64,000 nucleotides of DNA from positions 30,550,099 to 30,614,098 of the forward strand of contig JAUZTB010000066.1 of the NCBI GenBank assembly GCA_034780895.1. Reading direction: 5' to 3'. This stretch comes from Rhynchobatus australiae. Its lineage: Eukaryota. Position numbers and translations under genes: made by a program. The notes beneath the pieces were generated by a model. That model had not been told where the DNA came from. It ran no database searches and saw only the letters and a list, made by a program, of their open reading frames with translations. Every line of letters starts with the position of its first letter. Within the stretch, counting starts at the first letter, position 1. This document shows positions 12,801-26,385 of this stretch, piece by piece.

Positions 12801-15052
12801 TGAAATAGAGAGATTTGTGGATCAGTACACAATGTACAAAGGCATGGCCAGAGTATGCATGTAGCCTCCCTGTCATACTGCTGGCGATTCTGTGTTCTTT
12901 CCTCATATCTTATTCTTTACATTTAAGTTTGTTTTTTATTGTGTGTCCTTTTAAGGCGAGGTGTTAAACCAAGGTACCATCAGGATTCCATTCCACAGAA
13001 GAGCAGAAAGGCCCCAGGGACGTTTATCAGTCACCCAAAGTCACTAGAAAACTGTTCCCTGTGTTAAAGGGATTCTGCACACAGGGTCCATTCTGCTTTG
13101 TGGGATGTCCCAGGCTCAGATACTCTGTTGTGCCTGTAGTCCAAAAAGTCAGCTAGTCTTGTACTAGTACATTGTGCTAAGGTCTTCTCTCTGTGATGTC
13201 CAGTCATTGCGGGGGCTCAGATTGAGTTGATGGGGGGTAGGATGGAGGGTGGTAGATTATCAAGGACTTGGGGGAGTATTGTGGGTTTGTGGATGAGAGG
13301 GAGTGATTCCCACCGTGGAGATAGTTGAGGCTGATTATGGTCATGATGAGGGGCTTGTGGAAATAATTGGAGGAGGTTCTTCTGCTGCAGTGAGGATCAG
13401 AGGGGCTCTGGAGATGATTGAGTAGGATGTTCAACTGTACGAACATTGGACAGGGTGTTGGCTTTGGAGATGATCAGGGGAGCGGCAACTCAAATGAGTG
13501 TGACACGCCCTGAGGATGTTGACAGCGAGGATGGGCAGGAGGAGTGTGGAGGCACTTTGTAACGATATAAACTTAACACAAGACCTGTCCAGAAGAACTT
13601 GAATGCCTGAGACACGGGTAGTAACATTGAGACCTACTGTGGCATTAGTTAAAAGACCCAAACCTCGGGTTAAGATGTACTCCTGCATGTGAGACTCGCA
13701 CTACTTGATCAACGCATTTCACACAAGTAAAATCTAACCCAATGTTACACTTCATTTGTTGTGGCCAGTAGCCTTAAGGCATGCACAAAGGTCTTGGATA
13801 TAAATCTCAGAGAGTGCACTAACAATTTTTTAAAAAGAAGTTTCAGTAAGTAACACTGAGCTATACAGTAGTAGTTCTGGGCCATTATCTGCCATTGCTC
13901 TTTGTGGGATCTTGCTGCCTTGTTTTATCCATTGCAGTAATGACACTTAAAATGTACTCTGGTATTGTAAAGTACTCAAGACATCCTGAAGTTATGAAAC
14001 ATTGTTTATATAAATGCAAGAATTTCTTCCTCCTGTAAATGCAGCTTCCAGTAAATCTGTCTTTGAACATTTGTTTGCCATGGCTTCTGTTTCTCTGTTC
14101 CTTCCTATTTTGGTGCGATAAGCAGTATGAAGTTATATTTAACTGTGGGAGAGAGGCTGTTTGAAATGTAAATTCTCACTTGCTAGGAGCACCGATCGCA
14201 CCAGGAAATCAATGCAGGTGATTTGTACTATTCCACCTTGCACTGTTCTTGGGCACGTGCTTGGGTCGGGAGTGGGGCCCATGAAAGCCACTCATTGATC
14301 TCAAAATTGAGGGTCCTGGTCCAGACCTCTGCTCGGCCCGTCTCCTGAACTGCAGCAGTTCTCTGTGACAATAGACTTCAGAAATCATGTTCTGCCACCA
14401 TTTTTTTAAAAACCTGTTTTCTTTTGTCTTCTCTGAGTTTTGTCTATATTATTAAAACATTAAAACAAGGGAGCCTATCAGTGGGAGTGATATTGGCCCC
14501 AAAAATGTTAAATCTGGACAACATTAGTAAAGATCCACTATATTTTTCATTGAAAACAATGGACTCCAAAAAGTCCATTATACATTAATTGATACTGATA
14601 ATTATTTACACCATTTATGGTTAAAGTTCACCATCAAATCGATACTGAATGTTGCGATCATTTTCTTCACAATTAAAAGCTTAAAACAAAAATCACCTTT
14701 AATGACTTTACTACATCCCATCCACATGTGCAGAGCACGGCAACCCAGAAATTTGATTTGGCTATTTAACAACTGGAGCCTGTTCCTCTGGTCAATAAGC
14801 TCATGGCTGAGATATGAGCACGTACCTGTACTCCATAATCCCCTCGTACACTTGGTCAGTAAAAGTTAATGCATTTCAGATTTAAAATTAATGGGTAATT
14901 GGCTGGATTGATGCAACTTGTGTGCAAACTCAGAAAGGCAAGGTGGAAATTTGGAGCATTATGCTCAAAACTGAGAGCAAAGCTTTCACTGAAGCACCAG
15001 CTAATCAAAAAAAAATCCAGGAATTTATGCTTAGGTATTAATTTCTAAACTA

Positions 15053-15790
15053 CATACATAGAACAGTACAGCACAGGAACAAGCCCTTTGGTCTACAATG
15101 TCTGTGCCAAGCGTGATACCATATTAAACGAATCCCTTCAGCCTGTGCATGATCCATATCCCTCCACTCCCTGCACGTTCATGTGTCCAGGTAAAAGCCT
15201 CTTAAGCATCACTCTCGTATCTGCTTCCACTACCACCCCTGGCAGCCCGTTCCAGGCACCCACCACTCTGTGTGGTTAAAAAGGACTTTCCTCGCACATC
15301 CCCTCTCACCTTAAAGCTATGCCTTTTAGTATTTGACATTTCTACCCTTGGAGAAAGGTACTGACTGTCTACCCTGTCCGAGCGTCTCATTATTTTACAA
15401 ACTTCTATCAGGTCTCCCCTCAGCCTCTGAAGTCCCAGAGAAAACAACCTCAGTTTGTCCAACCTCTCCTTACAGCACATGCCCTTTAATCCTGACAGCA
15501 TCCTGGTAAACCTCTTCTGAACCAATTCCAGGTCCTTCACGTCCTTCTTGTAATGGGGGGGGGGGCGGGAACCAGATCTGTACACAATACTCCACGTGCA
15601 GCCTAACCGAAAGCTTATACAGCTGCATCACGACATCCTGACTTGTGCTCCATGTCCCTCGGGAAGGAGGCAAGCATGCCGTACGCCTTCTTTACCACTC
15701 TGTGTACTTGCGTTGCCATTTCCTGGGAGGAATGGACTCGGACCCCAAGATCCCTCTGTACGTCAACGCTGGAGCTTAGCAACGTGATAA
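15053..15790 (-). mobile_element. CR1-like LINE 3' region
   Basis: ORFs show QRDLGVRVHSS..VVKKAYGMLA and KKDVKDLELVQKRFTRML..LFSLGLQRLRGDLIEV. Confidence 0.9.
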
Positions 15791-15901
15791 ATCCAGTGAA
15801 AGTGGAGCTTTCCTCGCACCCACTTATGAAGAGTGTGTGTGTATAGCATGAGTTCAGTGTAAAAATGAGTTGGGGTCTTACAGGTTTCCCCCTTTTTCCA
15901 G

Positions 15902-16030
15902 GCGCCTGTGCGAGCATCAGTACGGAAGCTCCCCTCGGGTGCGGATAAATGGCCATGTGGCAGCAAGGTTTCCTTACATCCCCTTGCCGTTGGACTACAT
16001 CCTGCCTGAATTGCTGAAGAATGCAATGAG
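15902..16030 (+). CDS. BCKDK: BCKDK coding exon, [42 protein letters not shown](R), containing the GHKL N-box
   Basis: tttttccag acceptor and GTGAGT donor; 129 nt, phase 2/2. ELLKNA N-box present. Confidence 0.98.
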
Positions 16031-17019
16031 GTGAGTTCTGTCTCTCCAAGTGGCAAAAGTGCAGATGGTGATCTTGCACAATAGATGTCGGGGCTGGTGG
16101 AACTTGCGGGACAACCCCATGTGACACAGAAAGCTTAAACCCATCAGAGTGCAGAGCCCCAGGTTATCTAGCTGTGGTTTCTACTAGAACCGTTCCACTG
16201 GCCTGCAGGAGGCTGAGATCGCACACACATTGTGATCAGACTTCTCAGTTATAGATCCTGTCACAAGTTGTTACTTGGAGACCTTAAAAGATCAGGTCCA
16301 CAAACCACATCAAAACTGCCAGACAGATTTCAACACAGGTAAGTGAGAGGTTATATAAACACAAAAAGTAAATTTTTAAATGTGAAAGTGCTGGCAACAG
16401 AGATTTTGGTGCTTCATGCATGTTGATGTCTAAAATATATCAGTTGGGTACAAAGAAAAACAAAATGGCCAATACTGTGTTTGATTTTATAACCAGGACT
16501 AGAATATAAAGAAGAGGAAATTCTGTGACAGCGTTAGTCCTGGTTAGATAACTTCTGCTGTACTGTGTACCGATCTGGGCTCCAGACAAAGGGAAGGTTA
16601 CATTGGTATCAGATGGTATTGGTGACGATGGAGATCTCAGGAGGAAACCGTTGAAGGTGGTTGCCTGTCATTTCACGAAACCATAGTACAAATGGTGGAA
16701 TTCTGAAATTAAACCAACAGATGGTTCAGTAAACTCCGATGATTGTTCCCATCCACCCTCAAACACATCGGGGCTCTCTCACTCATTGGGGCCACGTCCC
16801 CTTAAATACACCCGGATCCTGTTTCCCTCACTCACTTGAGGTGTAAATCTCTTTTCCTTCCACCACTGGGCCTTTGCCTCTGCTCCTGATGTTATTTGTC
16901 TGCTGGTCCAGACTACTGTTGCTTGTGGCAGAAAGACTCAGCCTACTTACTTTGATCATTGAACCTACTCTGCAGCCTAGCTTTATTCTCATATCTTTTT
17001 GGCTTTTTCCTCTTATTCG

Positions 17020-18200
17020 TTGTTTGTGATTCCTGGCTTTGCTGATAAGGCCAGCATTTGTTGCCCATTTCAAATCGCCCTCAAGAAGATGGTGATGAGC
17101 TCCCTTCTTGAACCACTGTGCTGAAGATACTCTCAGAGTGCTCTGGTTTGGAAGTTCCTGGAGTTAGACCCACTGGTAGTACTGAAGCCAGTAGACATCA
17201 GGGAGAAAACAATCCCATAGTTGGAGCCATCCCTCATTCAAAGGTGGATAGATGGTTGATGTTGTTCGAGGTCGGTCCTAGGACAAGTCTGCAGGAGTTC
17301 CTTGGGCCAGAGTCCCAAGCTCAACCATCTTCCACTGCTTCTTCAGTGACCTTCCTTCCACCATCAGCTCTGGAGTGGGGATGCTCACTGATGGCTGCTC
17401 ACTGTCATTTCCATTCACAACTCCCCAGTAAGTTATGTTACCCGTGCCTGCATTCGGCGAGACCGAGACAACATTCAAGGGGGTGGTAAGTGGCAAGTAG
17501 CATTCATGCTACAGAAATATCAGGCAATGACCATCTCCAACAAGTGCCTCATCTTCACATTCAATGGCACCGAGTCCCCCACCATTAGCACCCCTGAGAG
17601 TTGCCATTGACCAGAACCCACTGGACCAGTCACATCAGTACAGTGGCGTTAGAGAGCACGGGAGGCTGGCTATTCTGCAAGGGATGGCTCAGATTCCGAA
17701 GCCTTTGCATTCATCTATGAGAGACGAGTAAGGAGTGTGATTGAATACTTTCCACCTCCTTGGATGAGTGCAGCTCCAACAACGTTCAAGAAGTCCAACA
17801 CCGTCCTGGACAAAGCAGGCCTCTTGACTGGCACCCCATCTGCTGATCTATGCATTCATTTCCTCTGCCACTGACACACAGTGGGTGGAATGTGTACCAT
17901 CTACCTTCTCGCAGCTCTTCCCAAACCTGCAACGTCCTTCACCAAGAAGACAGGCTTTCTGGTGCATGAGAACACCGTCAACCCTTCATTCCCCTCCAAG
18001 GCATGCTCCATTGTGACTTGGAAGCACATCACTGTTCCTTCGCCATCGTTGGAACTCCTTCCCCCACCACATTCTGTGAGCACCTTTGCCAGAGGGACTA
18101 CAGAAACTCGAAGGCAGCTCTCCTCCTTCCCAAAGGCAGTTGGAGACGGACAGTGAATGTTGGACTTGTCAGCAACAGCCAGATCCTGAAAAATGAATAC
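17020..18200. mobile_element. CR1/L2-group LINE remnant (+, about 17230-18200) preceded by an inverted copy of the same family's 3' end (about 17020-17115)
   Basis: gcaggagttccttgggccagagtcc...ttcagtgaccttccttccaccatcag..ggggatgctcactgatg is a degenerate GVPQG..NDLPSII..GMFADD. The two terminal segments are reverse-complement homologues. Confidence 0.65.
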
Positions 18201-18229
18201 ATTTCACGAAAAGACACAACTTTGTAAAG

Positions 18230-20200
18230 CAGCGTAGTTAAGCATCGTAGTCAGAGCAGAAGACTGGGAATAGTTTTGAAACCACCAGAGTTGTCTTAAA
18301 AAAAATACCAAAGAGGAGAAATAGACGATGAGAGTCAGGGAGAAGGAAACAACAGACAGTAAGAGATTCTCTAAATGTGTCAGCAGGAAGAGAGCAGCTC
18401 AGGTAAATGTTGCTCCCTTTGAGGATGAAACTGAGGGCTTAATAATGGAAGTAAGAAAGTGGCTGAGAATTTGTATTTACCTTCATGGTAGAAGATGCTT
18501 AAAACAGTCACTGGTACTTGAGAAGAGGTAGCAGGCAGGTTGATGGGAGGTCCCCTGATCTTGATGTCCTGCTTCCTGGTGTCAGTGGGGGTTTTATTTG
18601 TTATGATCTTCTAACATTTCCTAGATTTGAAATTGCATATGTAACACTTCTATTCAGGAAAGAAGACAGAAAACGGGAAACTGTAGGACAGTTAGCCTAA
18701 CATCTGTCACTGGGGAAAAAGCTGGAATCTATGATGAAGAAAATCATAGTCAAAGTCATCATTCCTTAGTGGAAGGGAAATGGTGTTTGACAAACTTATT
18801 GGATTTCTTTGAGGATGTAACGAGCAGGGTCAATCAGGGTGAACCAGTAGATATGGTGTATGTGGATTTCCAAAAGGTATTGGATAAGTTGCCATGAAAA
18901 GGTGATTCCATGGAGCTCATGGCTCAGAGGGTAACAGATTAGCATGGAGAGAAGGTTGGTTAACTATCAGAAAACACAGTCAGGATAAATGGATCAGACG
19001 CTAGCAGAGCGTCGCCCTGGAGTCTTAATGTTTACCCCAACATTAAAGACTAGGTGAAGATAGCCAGACCTGCTGAGAATCTGTTGTGGGGAGCACCTGA
19101 AGAATCAGCAAAGGGAAATGGGTTGAGTAAGTGGCCAAAATCTGGCAGATGACGTGTCATGTGGGAGCATGTGAGGTTATCCACATGATTTCTCATATTT
19201 TACTACTTGTATTTCCACACAATGCAGAATAAGGCCATTTGGCCCATCAAGTCTGTCAGAGTGAGAGCTGTCAGTGTACATCCATCAGTCCAATTCCCCA
19301 CTAACTTGTAATACATTTTCTCTCTCATTATCATCACCGCACTTGGATTCTTCTACCTACAAACTAGGGACAATTTAGTGTCACCAGTTAACCCACCAAA
19401 AACACATCTTCGGGGTGTGGGAGGAAACTGGAGCACATGGAGGAAACCCACGTGGTCACAGGGGGACCATGCAGACTGCACACTGACAGCACCCAAGGCC
19501 ACGATTAAACAAGGGTTGCTGGAACGCTGAGGTAATTTCTCTATTCTGAAGGTTAGAAAAGCAGATTATTATTTAAATGGAGAGAGGCTACAGAATGCAG
19601 CTGGGCGTCATTCTTCATGAAGTGCAGAGAACTGGGACTGCAAGTAATTAGGAAGACGAATGAAATGGCCATTTTTGCAAAGAGATCAAATTTAAAGGTC
19701 TTGCTCCAACTCTGCAGGGCATTGGCGAGACTGCAGCCGGCGGAGGGATACACTTTTATTGGAGGCAGTTCAGAGAAGATTGACTGTGTTGATTCCTGGG
19801 ATGAAGGGCTTGACCCATGAAGAGAGGTTGAGCAGGACGGACATACCCTCTTTGACGTTCAGAAGAGTGAGAGATGATCCCATTGAACCACACGAGTCTG
19901 GTGTGGCTTGTAGGTGCTGAGAGGGCATTTCTTCATGTCTGGGAACCCAGGACTAGGGGACAGTTTTATTATCAGGAGCTGCCTAAGGTGGAGATGAGCA
20001 AGAATTTTTTCTTGGATCTTTACCCCATTCTCTACCCCGAGGAGTTTTGGAAACTGATCACTGAATGTGTCCAGAACTGAGATGGACAGAGTTTTGTCCT
20101 GTGGACAATAAGGAGTTATCCAGAACAGGAAAGTAGAGCTGAAATGGAGATCAGATGAATGATACTGAGTGGCAGATTGGGCTCAAGGGGCCACGCAGGC
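18230..20200 (+). mobile_element. Old fragmented CR1 LINE
   Basis: About 18775-18895 translates GKWCLTNLLDFFEDVTSRVNQGEPVDMVYVDFQKVLDKLP (CR1 RT motif). Confidence 0.85.
19220..19530 (-). mobile_element. V-SINE, degenerate, inserted in an old CR1 copy
   Basis: Reverse-complement V-domain tgtgggaggaaactggagcac..gaggaaacccac, plus a LINE-like tail at about 19225. Confidence 0.75.
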
Positions 20201-20734
20201 TGCTGCTTCTTATCTGAGAAGCGGAGAGATGGAAGTGTGAACCAGAGCTCCCTGGAGGATGGAATACTGAAGGGGCAGAGGACAACAGGCCTGGTGGCGA
20301 TGTCACTTTGGCAGCGCTGGAAGTTGCAAATGATGAGCACCTGTTGACCCCGAGTGTCCAGTTGTCTGGCACCTGAATTATCGAGCAAAGAATTTCATTG
20401 CACCCTGGTGTTAATGACAACAAACTGATTATAATCTAATCATCTCTCTCTCTCATTCTGGCAATCCTACTCCTGGCCTCTGAAATGTTCCAATAAAGTT
20501 AAATGCAAGTTCAAGGAAAAACACCCGATCTTCCAACCAAGTGCTTCACAGTTTTCCAGAGTCAACAATTTAATAAGATGTGTATATTTTACCCCTGTCC
20601 CCTCTGGTATTCCAGACTTCATTCAGCTGGCACCACCACTCGTGTCGTTCAATCTTTCCTGGTCTCTGCCCCTTTCATTCTCTGCATCCTTCCCCCTTTC
20701 CTCCTGCAGTTTAAAATGTGTTTTATTTTTATCT

Positions 20735-20860
20735 TTTCATGGTTCTGATGAAAGCTCATCAACCTGAAACACTAACTCTGTCTCTCTCTCTCCACAGATG
20801 CTGCCTGACCTGCTGAGTGTTTCCGGCAACTTTTTGTTCCTATTTCAGATTTTCGGCATC
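20735..20860 (+). repeat. Same repeat family, with degenerate hammerhead-like core
   Basis: CTGATGA..GAAAC at 20745-20770, then ccacagatgctgcctgacctgctgag. Confidence 0.75.
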
Positions 20861-21392
20861 ATGCTCTTTGACCAGGATTTTGCTTGCAGCCAAAATTTTG
20901 TTTAATAAAACTGCTGTGAAGCACCGTGGGATATCATACAATGCTAATGTGCTATATAAATGCAGTGTGTTGTTAAATTCCATATTGGATTGATTATTGA
21001 CATATTTACAGCCTGTAGTTTTGAAATACCCTTCAAAATGCCTTCTCTGTTTCACCTGCATTGAACCCCCTCATTATCTAGTAGGTCACCTCAGTCTTTT
21101 ATTAGATAGGAGGACCGTAGCTTGTTCCATGTCTCCTCAAAGCTTTTTCCCCATGCTCTTTATGTACAATACTGTTGCTATTTGTGAATAACTTATTTGT
21201 CTTACTGTGGTTTATGATGTTGGAGCTGCTTCTAGTGACACCAGATATCTCTCAGCCCTGCAGTGGATTTTATTCCTTATTCCTTGCCATCGTTTTTGTT
21301 TTTGGTAATGGAAATACAGCAGCGGTCAAATGTATAAATAATGGACGACCACACTTCTTTGTCTTATTAATTGTCTGTCTCTCCTCTCCCAG

Positions 21393-21482
21393 AGCAACGA
21401 TGGAGAGTCACATGGAGACTCCCTACAATGTCCCTGACGTTGTGATCACTATTGCCAACAACGATATTGATTTCGTTATCAG
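21393..21482 (+). CDS. BCKDK: BCKDK coding exon, [29 protein letters not shown](R)
   Basis: ctctcccag acceptor and GTAAAT donor; 90 nt, phase 2/2. Visible in ORF 21175..21486. Confidence 0.97.
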
Positions 21483-22149
21483 GTAAATAATTTAACATCA
21501 CATGCTAACACAGATAGATGGGTTATTCAACTTGTGCCTTTATTTTGGCATTGACAGCCTGTCCCCTTACACATTGATCTCACCCGTTCGAAGATCACCT
21601 TTGTGTCAACTGTGCTTTTGGCAAGATCTTTATTTACCTACGGAAACCAAGATTGGAGAGGAGCAGGGAAATGCTGAGCGGCAGGGTTTGCTGCCAACCT
21701 TCCCCCTGCTCTTGCCGTGCAGTCCATTTGACAGCCCATTTATACCTGTCAGTGCTGCTCCATTAGTGATGCATTGGCAAGGTGGCCCTCATCCTTCCAC
21801 ACACTGCACCCAAAGAAATCCGAGCAGCTCTGCTATTTAGGAAGCCAAGTTAAGAATCAACCACTTCAGCCTTGAAGCCACCGGTTGGCCTGTGGGATGG
21901 TTGAGCATCTGTTGAGGATGACGGTGTGCTGTCCGTGGTCTTCAGTGGGGAGGACGTGTTGTAAACCAGCAACTGATGGATCTGGNNNNNNNNNNNNNNN
22001 NNNNNNNNNNNNNNNNNNNNNNNNNNNNAGCTTTCAGATTTCTGCTGGTGGAAGTTGCTTCTTGGTTAGTTTAATATAGTTTGGCATTTCTTCTGTTAAC
22101 TGAAAACAATTCTGCCTTAGGTCTGGGATAAGAAGGTACCGACTTAAGT

Positions 22150-23005
22150 AGAAATAGTCATACAGCAGGGAAACAGGCCATTCGGCCCATCGTGTACACA
22201 CCAACCAATGGGCACCCATCCATGTTAATCCCATCTCCCAGCACTTGGCCGAGGTGATTTAAGGGCTCACCTGGACACCCCTTCAACACTGTCAGTGACT
22301 CTGCTTCCACCACTGTCTCCGGCAGGTACTCACCGCCCTCTGGGTGAAAACCACCCCCCTCGGAGCCCCTCTCAAACTCTTCCCCCTTACCCTAAATCTG
22401 TATCCTCAAGGTTTATCTACCTCTGAGACAGGAAAAAGCTTCCTGCTCTCTACCCTATCCATACCCTTCATAATTTTATACACCCCAATTATGTTCCTTC
22501 TTAACCTCCTCCACTGCAGGGAGGACAGACCCAGCCTCTTCAGGCTCTGTCCCAGGCAACATCCTAATCTCTTCTGTACCCTCTTCACCAGTATCACATC
22601 TTTCCTATCATGTAGTGACCGGAACTGTAGGCAGTATTCCAGCTGAGGTCTGACCAGTGTTTTATAAAGTTGCAGCACAACCTCCCTACTCTTGTATTCA
22701 ATGCCTGACTAACGAAGGGCCGCAGTCTCATTTGCTGCCTTAACCATATTTACTCCGTGCGCTGCTACACCATACACCAAGGTCCCTCTGTTCCTCAGTA
22801 CTCGCAGGGATCCCACTGTTCATGGTGAACGTCCTAGTCCCACAGGTCCTCCCAAGATGCGTCACCTCGCACGGAAACTGCGTCTGCCACTTCCCAGCCC
22901 ATTTCACCAACACATCGATATCACCCTGAAGCCTAAGACTGCCCTTCACAATGTCAACTATTCCACCATTCTCAGTGCCTTCTGTGAACTTGCTGATCGT
23001 GCCTA
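22150..23005 (-). mobile_element. CR1-like LINE 3' region
   Basis: ORFs MLQLYKTLVRPQLEYCLQF..VQKR and LQGDIDVLVKWAGKWQ..EEQRDLGV. Confidence 0.9.
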
Positions 23006-23229
23006 CACCCCTTCCCGTCATTCACTTCTGTTGCACACAGCAAGGGTCGGTGCCTTCCCAGCAGTTGGGAGAAGCACAAAAACATGATAATTTCCTACTT
23101 GAATTGTTTCCTGATATAGTTCAGTATTTTAATTTCCGTTCAACGTTTTAAATCAAATGATTAAGCCATTACAGAGTTTTTTTTCAAATAGTACATTTGT
23201 CACACTTTTAGTTGGTGCCCTCCTTTTGC

Positions 23230-23780
23230 CTTGTACCCAGGGCTGATTTGTGTGCCTGGATTTGAGGTTTTCAATACTATCCCGTATGTTCCTTCTCCAA
23301 CGTAATTGGCCATGGGCTAGGGATTCCCAAGGGTCGGTGTGTGCTTTCGAGGAGCCTTTGAGCACATCCTAGAATCTTTTCCTCTGCTGACCTGCTAGTC
23401 TCTTCCCGTGACACAGCTCAGCACAGTGTGCTTGTTCCCAGAGTCTGGTGTTGAGTATGCGAATGATTTGGCTGCTCAGTGGAACCATTCGAGTGTAATT
23501 AGGGCCTCAACATTGCACGAAGACAGACATTGATTTGCTTACCCTTCAGTGATTTGAAGGATTTTGCAGGGATTTTTAAATAAGGTTCTTATCTTTCAAG
23601 TGCCTCGAGGTGCCTGCTTTAGGTAGTTGAGGTCTCGGATACATATAGGAGGGTAAGTTGAGTTTATTGTCATGTGCACAAGTACGGTGAGGTACAGGTA
23701 CAATGAGCTTGCAGTAGCGTCACAGGCACATGGGTACAGACAAGTAGGTAGGCACCTAGGGCAGGGATCACTGCTCTGCG
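23230..23780 (-). mobile_element. RTE-clade LINE 3' fragment with a short foreign insertion (about 23655-23755)
   Basis: Minus strand reads CAELCHGKRLAGQQRKRF*DVLKGS, matching the RTE C-terminal motif YSEL..GKR..GGQRKRFKD.LK. Confidence 0.7.
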
Positions 23781-23929
23781 CCTTATCCAGGATCTTCAAA
23801 TACCTTATTCCTCATTCATTCAAAGGCGATTCTGGCATATTGAAGACCAAGACAGTAAACAAGCAAAGATTAACACTTGAATAATTAACAAGTTATTATT
23901 AAAATATACATCTTTCCAGGCACAAAAAT

Positions 23930-24265
23930 CTAATAGGTAAAGTGGCCCTGCAGCACATGTAGGACACATTGTTTTGTATCGCCACAGACTGAAAAATAGT
24001 TAACGGGACAGAGAACAGGAACAAATGGGTCATCTCTCAGGTGAGACGCTGTGAGTGCCTTGTGCTGTAGCCCCAGCTGTTCACCATCTATGTCAGTGAT
24101 TTGGATGAGGGGACCATGTGTAATATACCTGGGTATGCTGGTGTTAGGAATCTGGGCAACAAGGTGAGTTGTGAGGAGGATGCAGAGACTTTGAGGGAGT
24201 GTAGACAGGCTCTGTGAATGGATGATGACGCAGCAGATGGAATATAATGCGGGAAGTGTGAGGTC
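23930..24265 (+). mobile_element. CR1 RT fragment
   Basis: ccccagctgttcaccatctatgtcagtgatttggatgagggg translates PQLFTIYVSDLDEG; gcagatggaatataatgcgggaagtgtgaggtc. Confidence 0.75.
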
Positions 24266-26179
24266 ATATTGAGTCAGCGGTTGTGAAGTGCTGTTGCCTT
24301 GCTGCAGTCAGAATTGACAATGTGTGCATGAGCCAGCTACTACACTGAAATGCCTGTGTGACACTCAGTGGTGAGATTATACTGCTTCTGTTTCGATATG
24401 TCATGATGATGTGTTGAAAGCGTATTGTTGTNNNNNNNNNNNNNNNNNNNNNNNNNNNNNNNNNNNNNNNNNNNNNNNNNNNNNNNNNNNNNNNNNNNNN
24501 NNNNNNNNNNNNNNNNNNNNNNNNNNNNNNNNNNNNNNNNNNNNNNNNNNNNNNNNNNNNNNNNNNNNNNNNNNNNNNNNNNNNNNNNNNNNNNNNNNNN
24601 NNNNNNNNNNNNNNNNNNNNNNNNNNNNNNNNNNNNNNNNNNNNNNNNNNNNNNNNNNNNNNNNNNNNNNNNNNNNNNNNNNNNNNNNNNNNNNNNNNNN
24701 NNNNNNNNNNNNNNNNNNNNNNNNNNNNNNNNNNNNNNNNNNNNNNNNNNNNNNNNNNNNNNNNNNNNNNNNNNNNNNNNNNNNNNNNNNNNNNNNNNNN
24801 NNNNNNNNNNNNNNNNNNNNNNNNNNNNNNNNNNNNNNNNNNNNNNNNNNNNNNNNNNNNNNNNNNNNNNNNNNNNNNNNNNGCCAAACGTTTTAGTTCC
24901 ACCAGGTAGGTAAATGGCACTTTGACTGTCCAGCTGTCTGGGAACGGATCAAGAAATTGTGCTGCAGGCAGTTCCAGCCGGCACTTTGTTGGAGCCTACA
25001 GAACCCTGAGAGTTTGCAAGAGCAAGGGAGGTCAAACACTTCCTGTTGCAAGCTTGGGTAATTTGTGACCAATCTCACTCCGTCTGGACCAAAAGTTGTC
25101 CAGTAAACTGTTGTAACACTGGGAATTGCTGCTGTTAATGTGAGCATCACAAGTTCCCATCGACTACAATAAGTCAGAGATCCCATGAATCTGTTAAAGT
25201 AGATAGGCCAGATACTACTGAATCGTGTTGTTAGACCTTTTTTCATGGATTTGAAAGGGGACGGTGTAATCACTCGCAGAGGTGGCATCACTCCCCGAGG
25301 GCTGTGTTGGAGTGTTAGACTGGATAATGTGCACAATCCATAGAAACAAATAAAGTTATCAAAAAACTTCTATTGCTGATAAACAAAACCCTATTCACGG
25401 AATCTGAAGTAAACTCCAAATGAAATCCTTCAAGAGAGCTCTGCTAGTGGATCAGTCACTGTGCAGCCTGGAATCGGGCAATATTGTGTCCTATTTAGCT
25501 GACCTGAGGCTGGTTGGGTGCAGAGCTGCTGTATAGTGGGAGCGAGAGAGTCCTGCTTTATATTCGTGATTTGGTTACCCTTCCTAATGCATCTTTCCAG
25601 ATGTGGTTGCCATTGGGTAAGTCGGTGTTTATTGCCCACCCTGACTACCCTAGGGGAAAGTGCTGGTGAGCTACTTTCTTAAATTGCCAGAGACCTTCTG
25701 ATAAAGAGACCCCTGCACAGTGACATTGTGAGGGCAGTTCCAGGTTTCAAACTCAGCAAGGATGAAGGAACAGCAGCTGTGAAGAGAAGTTGTCTGTGTA
25801 CACCTCAGGTGATGGTGGAATGAGCTCCTCATTCTATCAGCGGTAGCACCAATGGGCTGGCCCACATACAAAGGATGAACAGTGAGGTGACGGCCCAGAG
25901 GGTATCTGCAGTCCCACCGCAGTGTAGCCCTGGATCTGCAGGAGATGATTGCATGGAACATAATCATGTTGAAACAAACCCTTTTGCCTTTGGATAAATT
26001 TATCAATCCAGCTGAAAAGGTTTTCTGTTGAGGGTTTTTGCTGTCAGTGCAGCTAGGGCTACCATACATCACAGCACAACACACACATCCTGCATAGCAC
26101 AGTGCAATCTGCATGTGTCTGGGATTTTAGCCAGTTAGAATAAATAGCATTTGAAAGTTGCTTCTATCTTATATTGAAA

Positions 26180-26385
26180 AGAAATCTGAAATAAAAGCAG
26201 GAGCTGATGGAACACCCAGCAGGTCAGGCAGCATCTATGGAGAGAGAAACCGGTACCGTTTCAGGTCGAAGAGAAACAAAGCTAACATCCATGTCAGAGA
26301 CTCCAAGGTTGTCGCCATTTCTCTCTCCATGGATGCTGTCTGTCTTGTTCAGTGTTCCCACCACTCTGCTTTTATTCTGCATACT
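26180..26385. repeat. Inverted-pair (foldback) copy of the same family
   Basis: caggcagcatctatggagagagaaa ... tttctctctccatggatgctgtctg. Confidence 0.75.

Noticed and set aside
13200-13660. Purine-rich stretch with short minus-strand ORFs (similar at 5420-5700 and 10790-11100)
   Set aside because: Probably very old L2/PLE remnants, but no diagnostic motif could be read.
24264-24920. Long ORFs spanning N runs (also 43406-44168, 55343-55818, 31343-31710 and others)
   Set aside because: Artefacts of translating assembly gaps.
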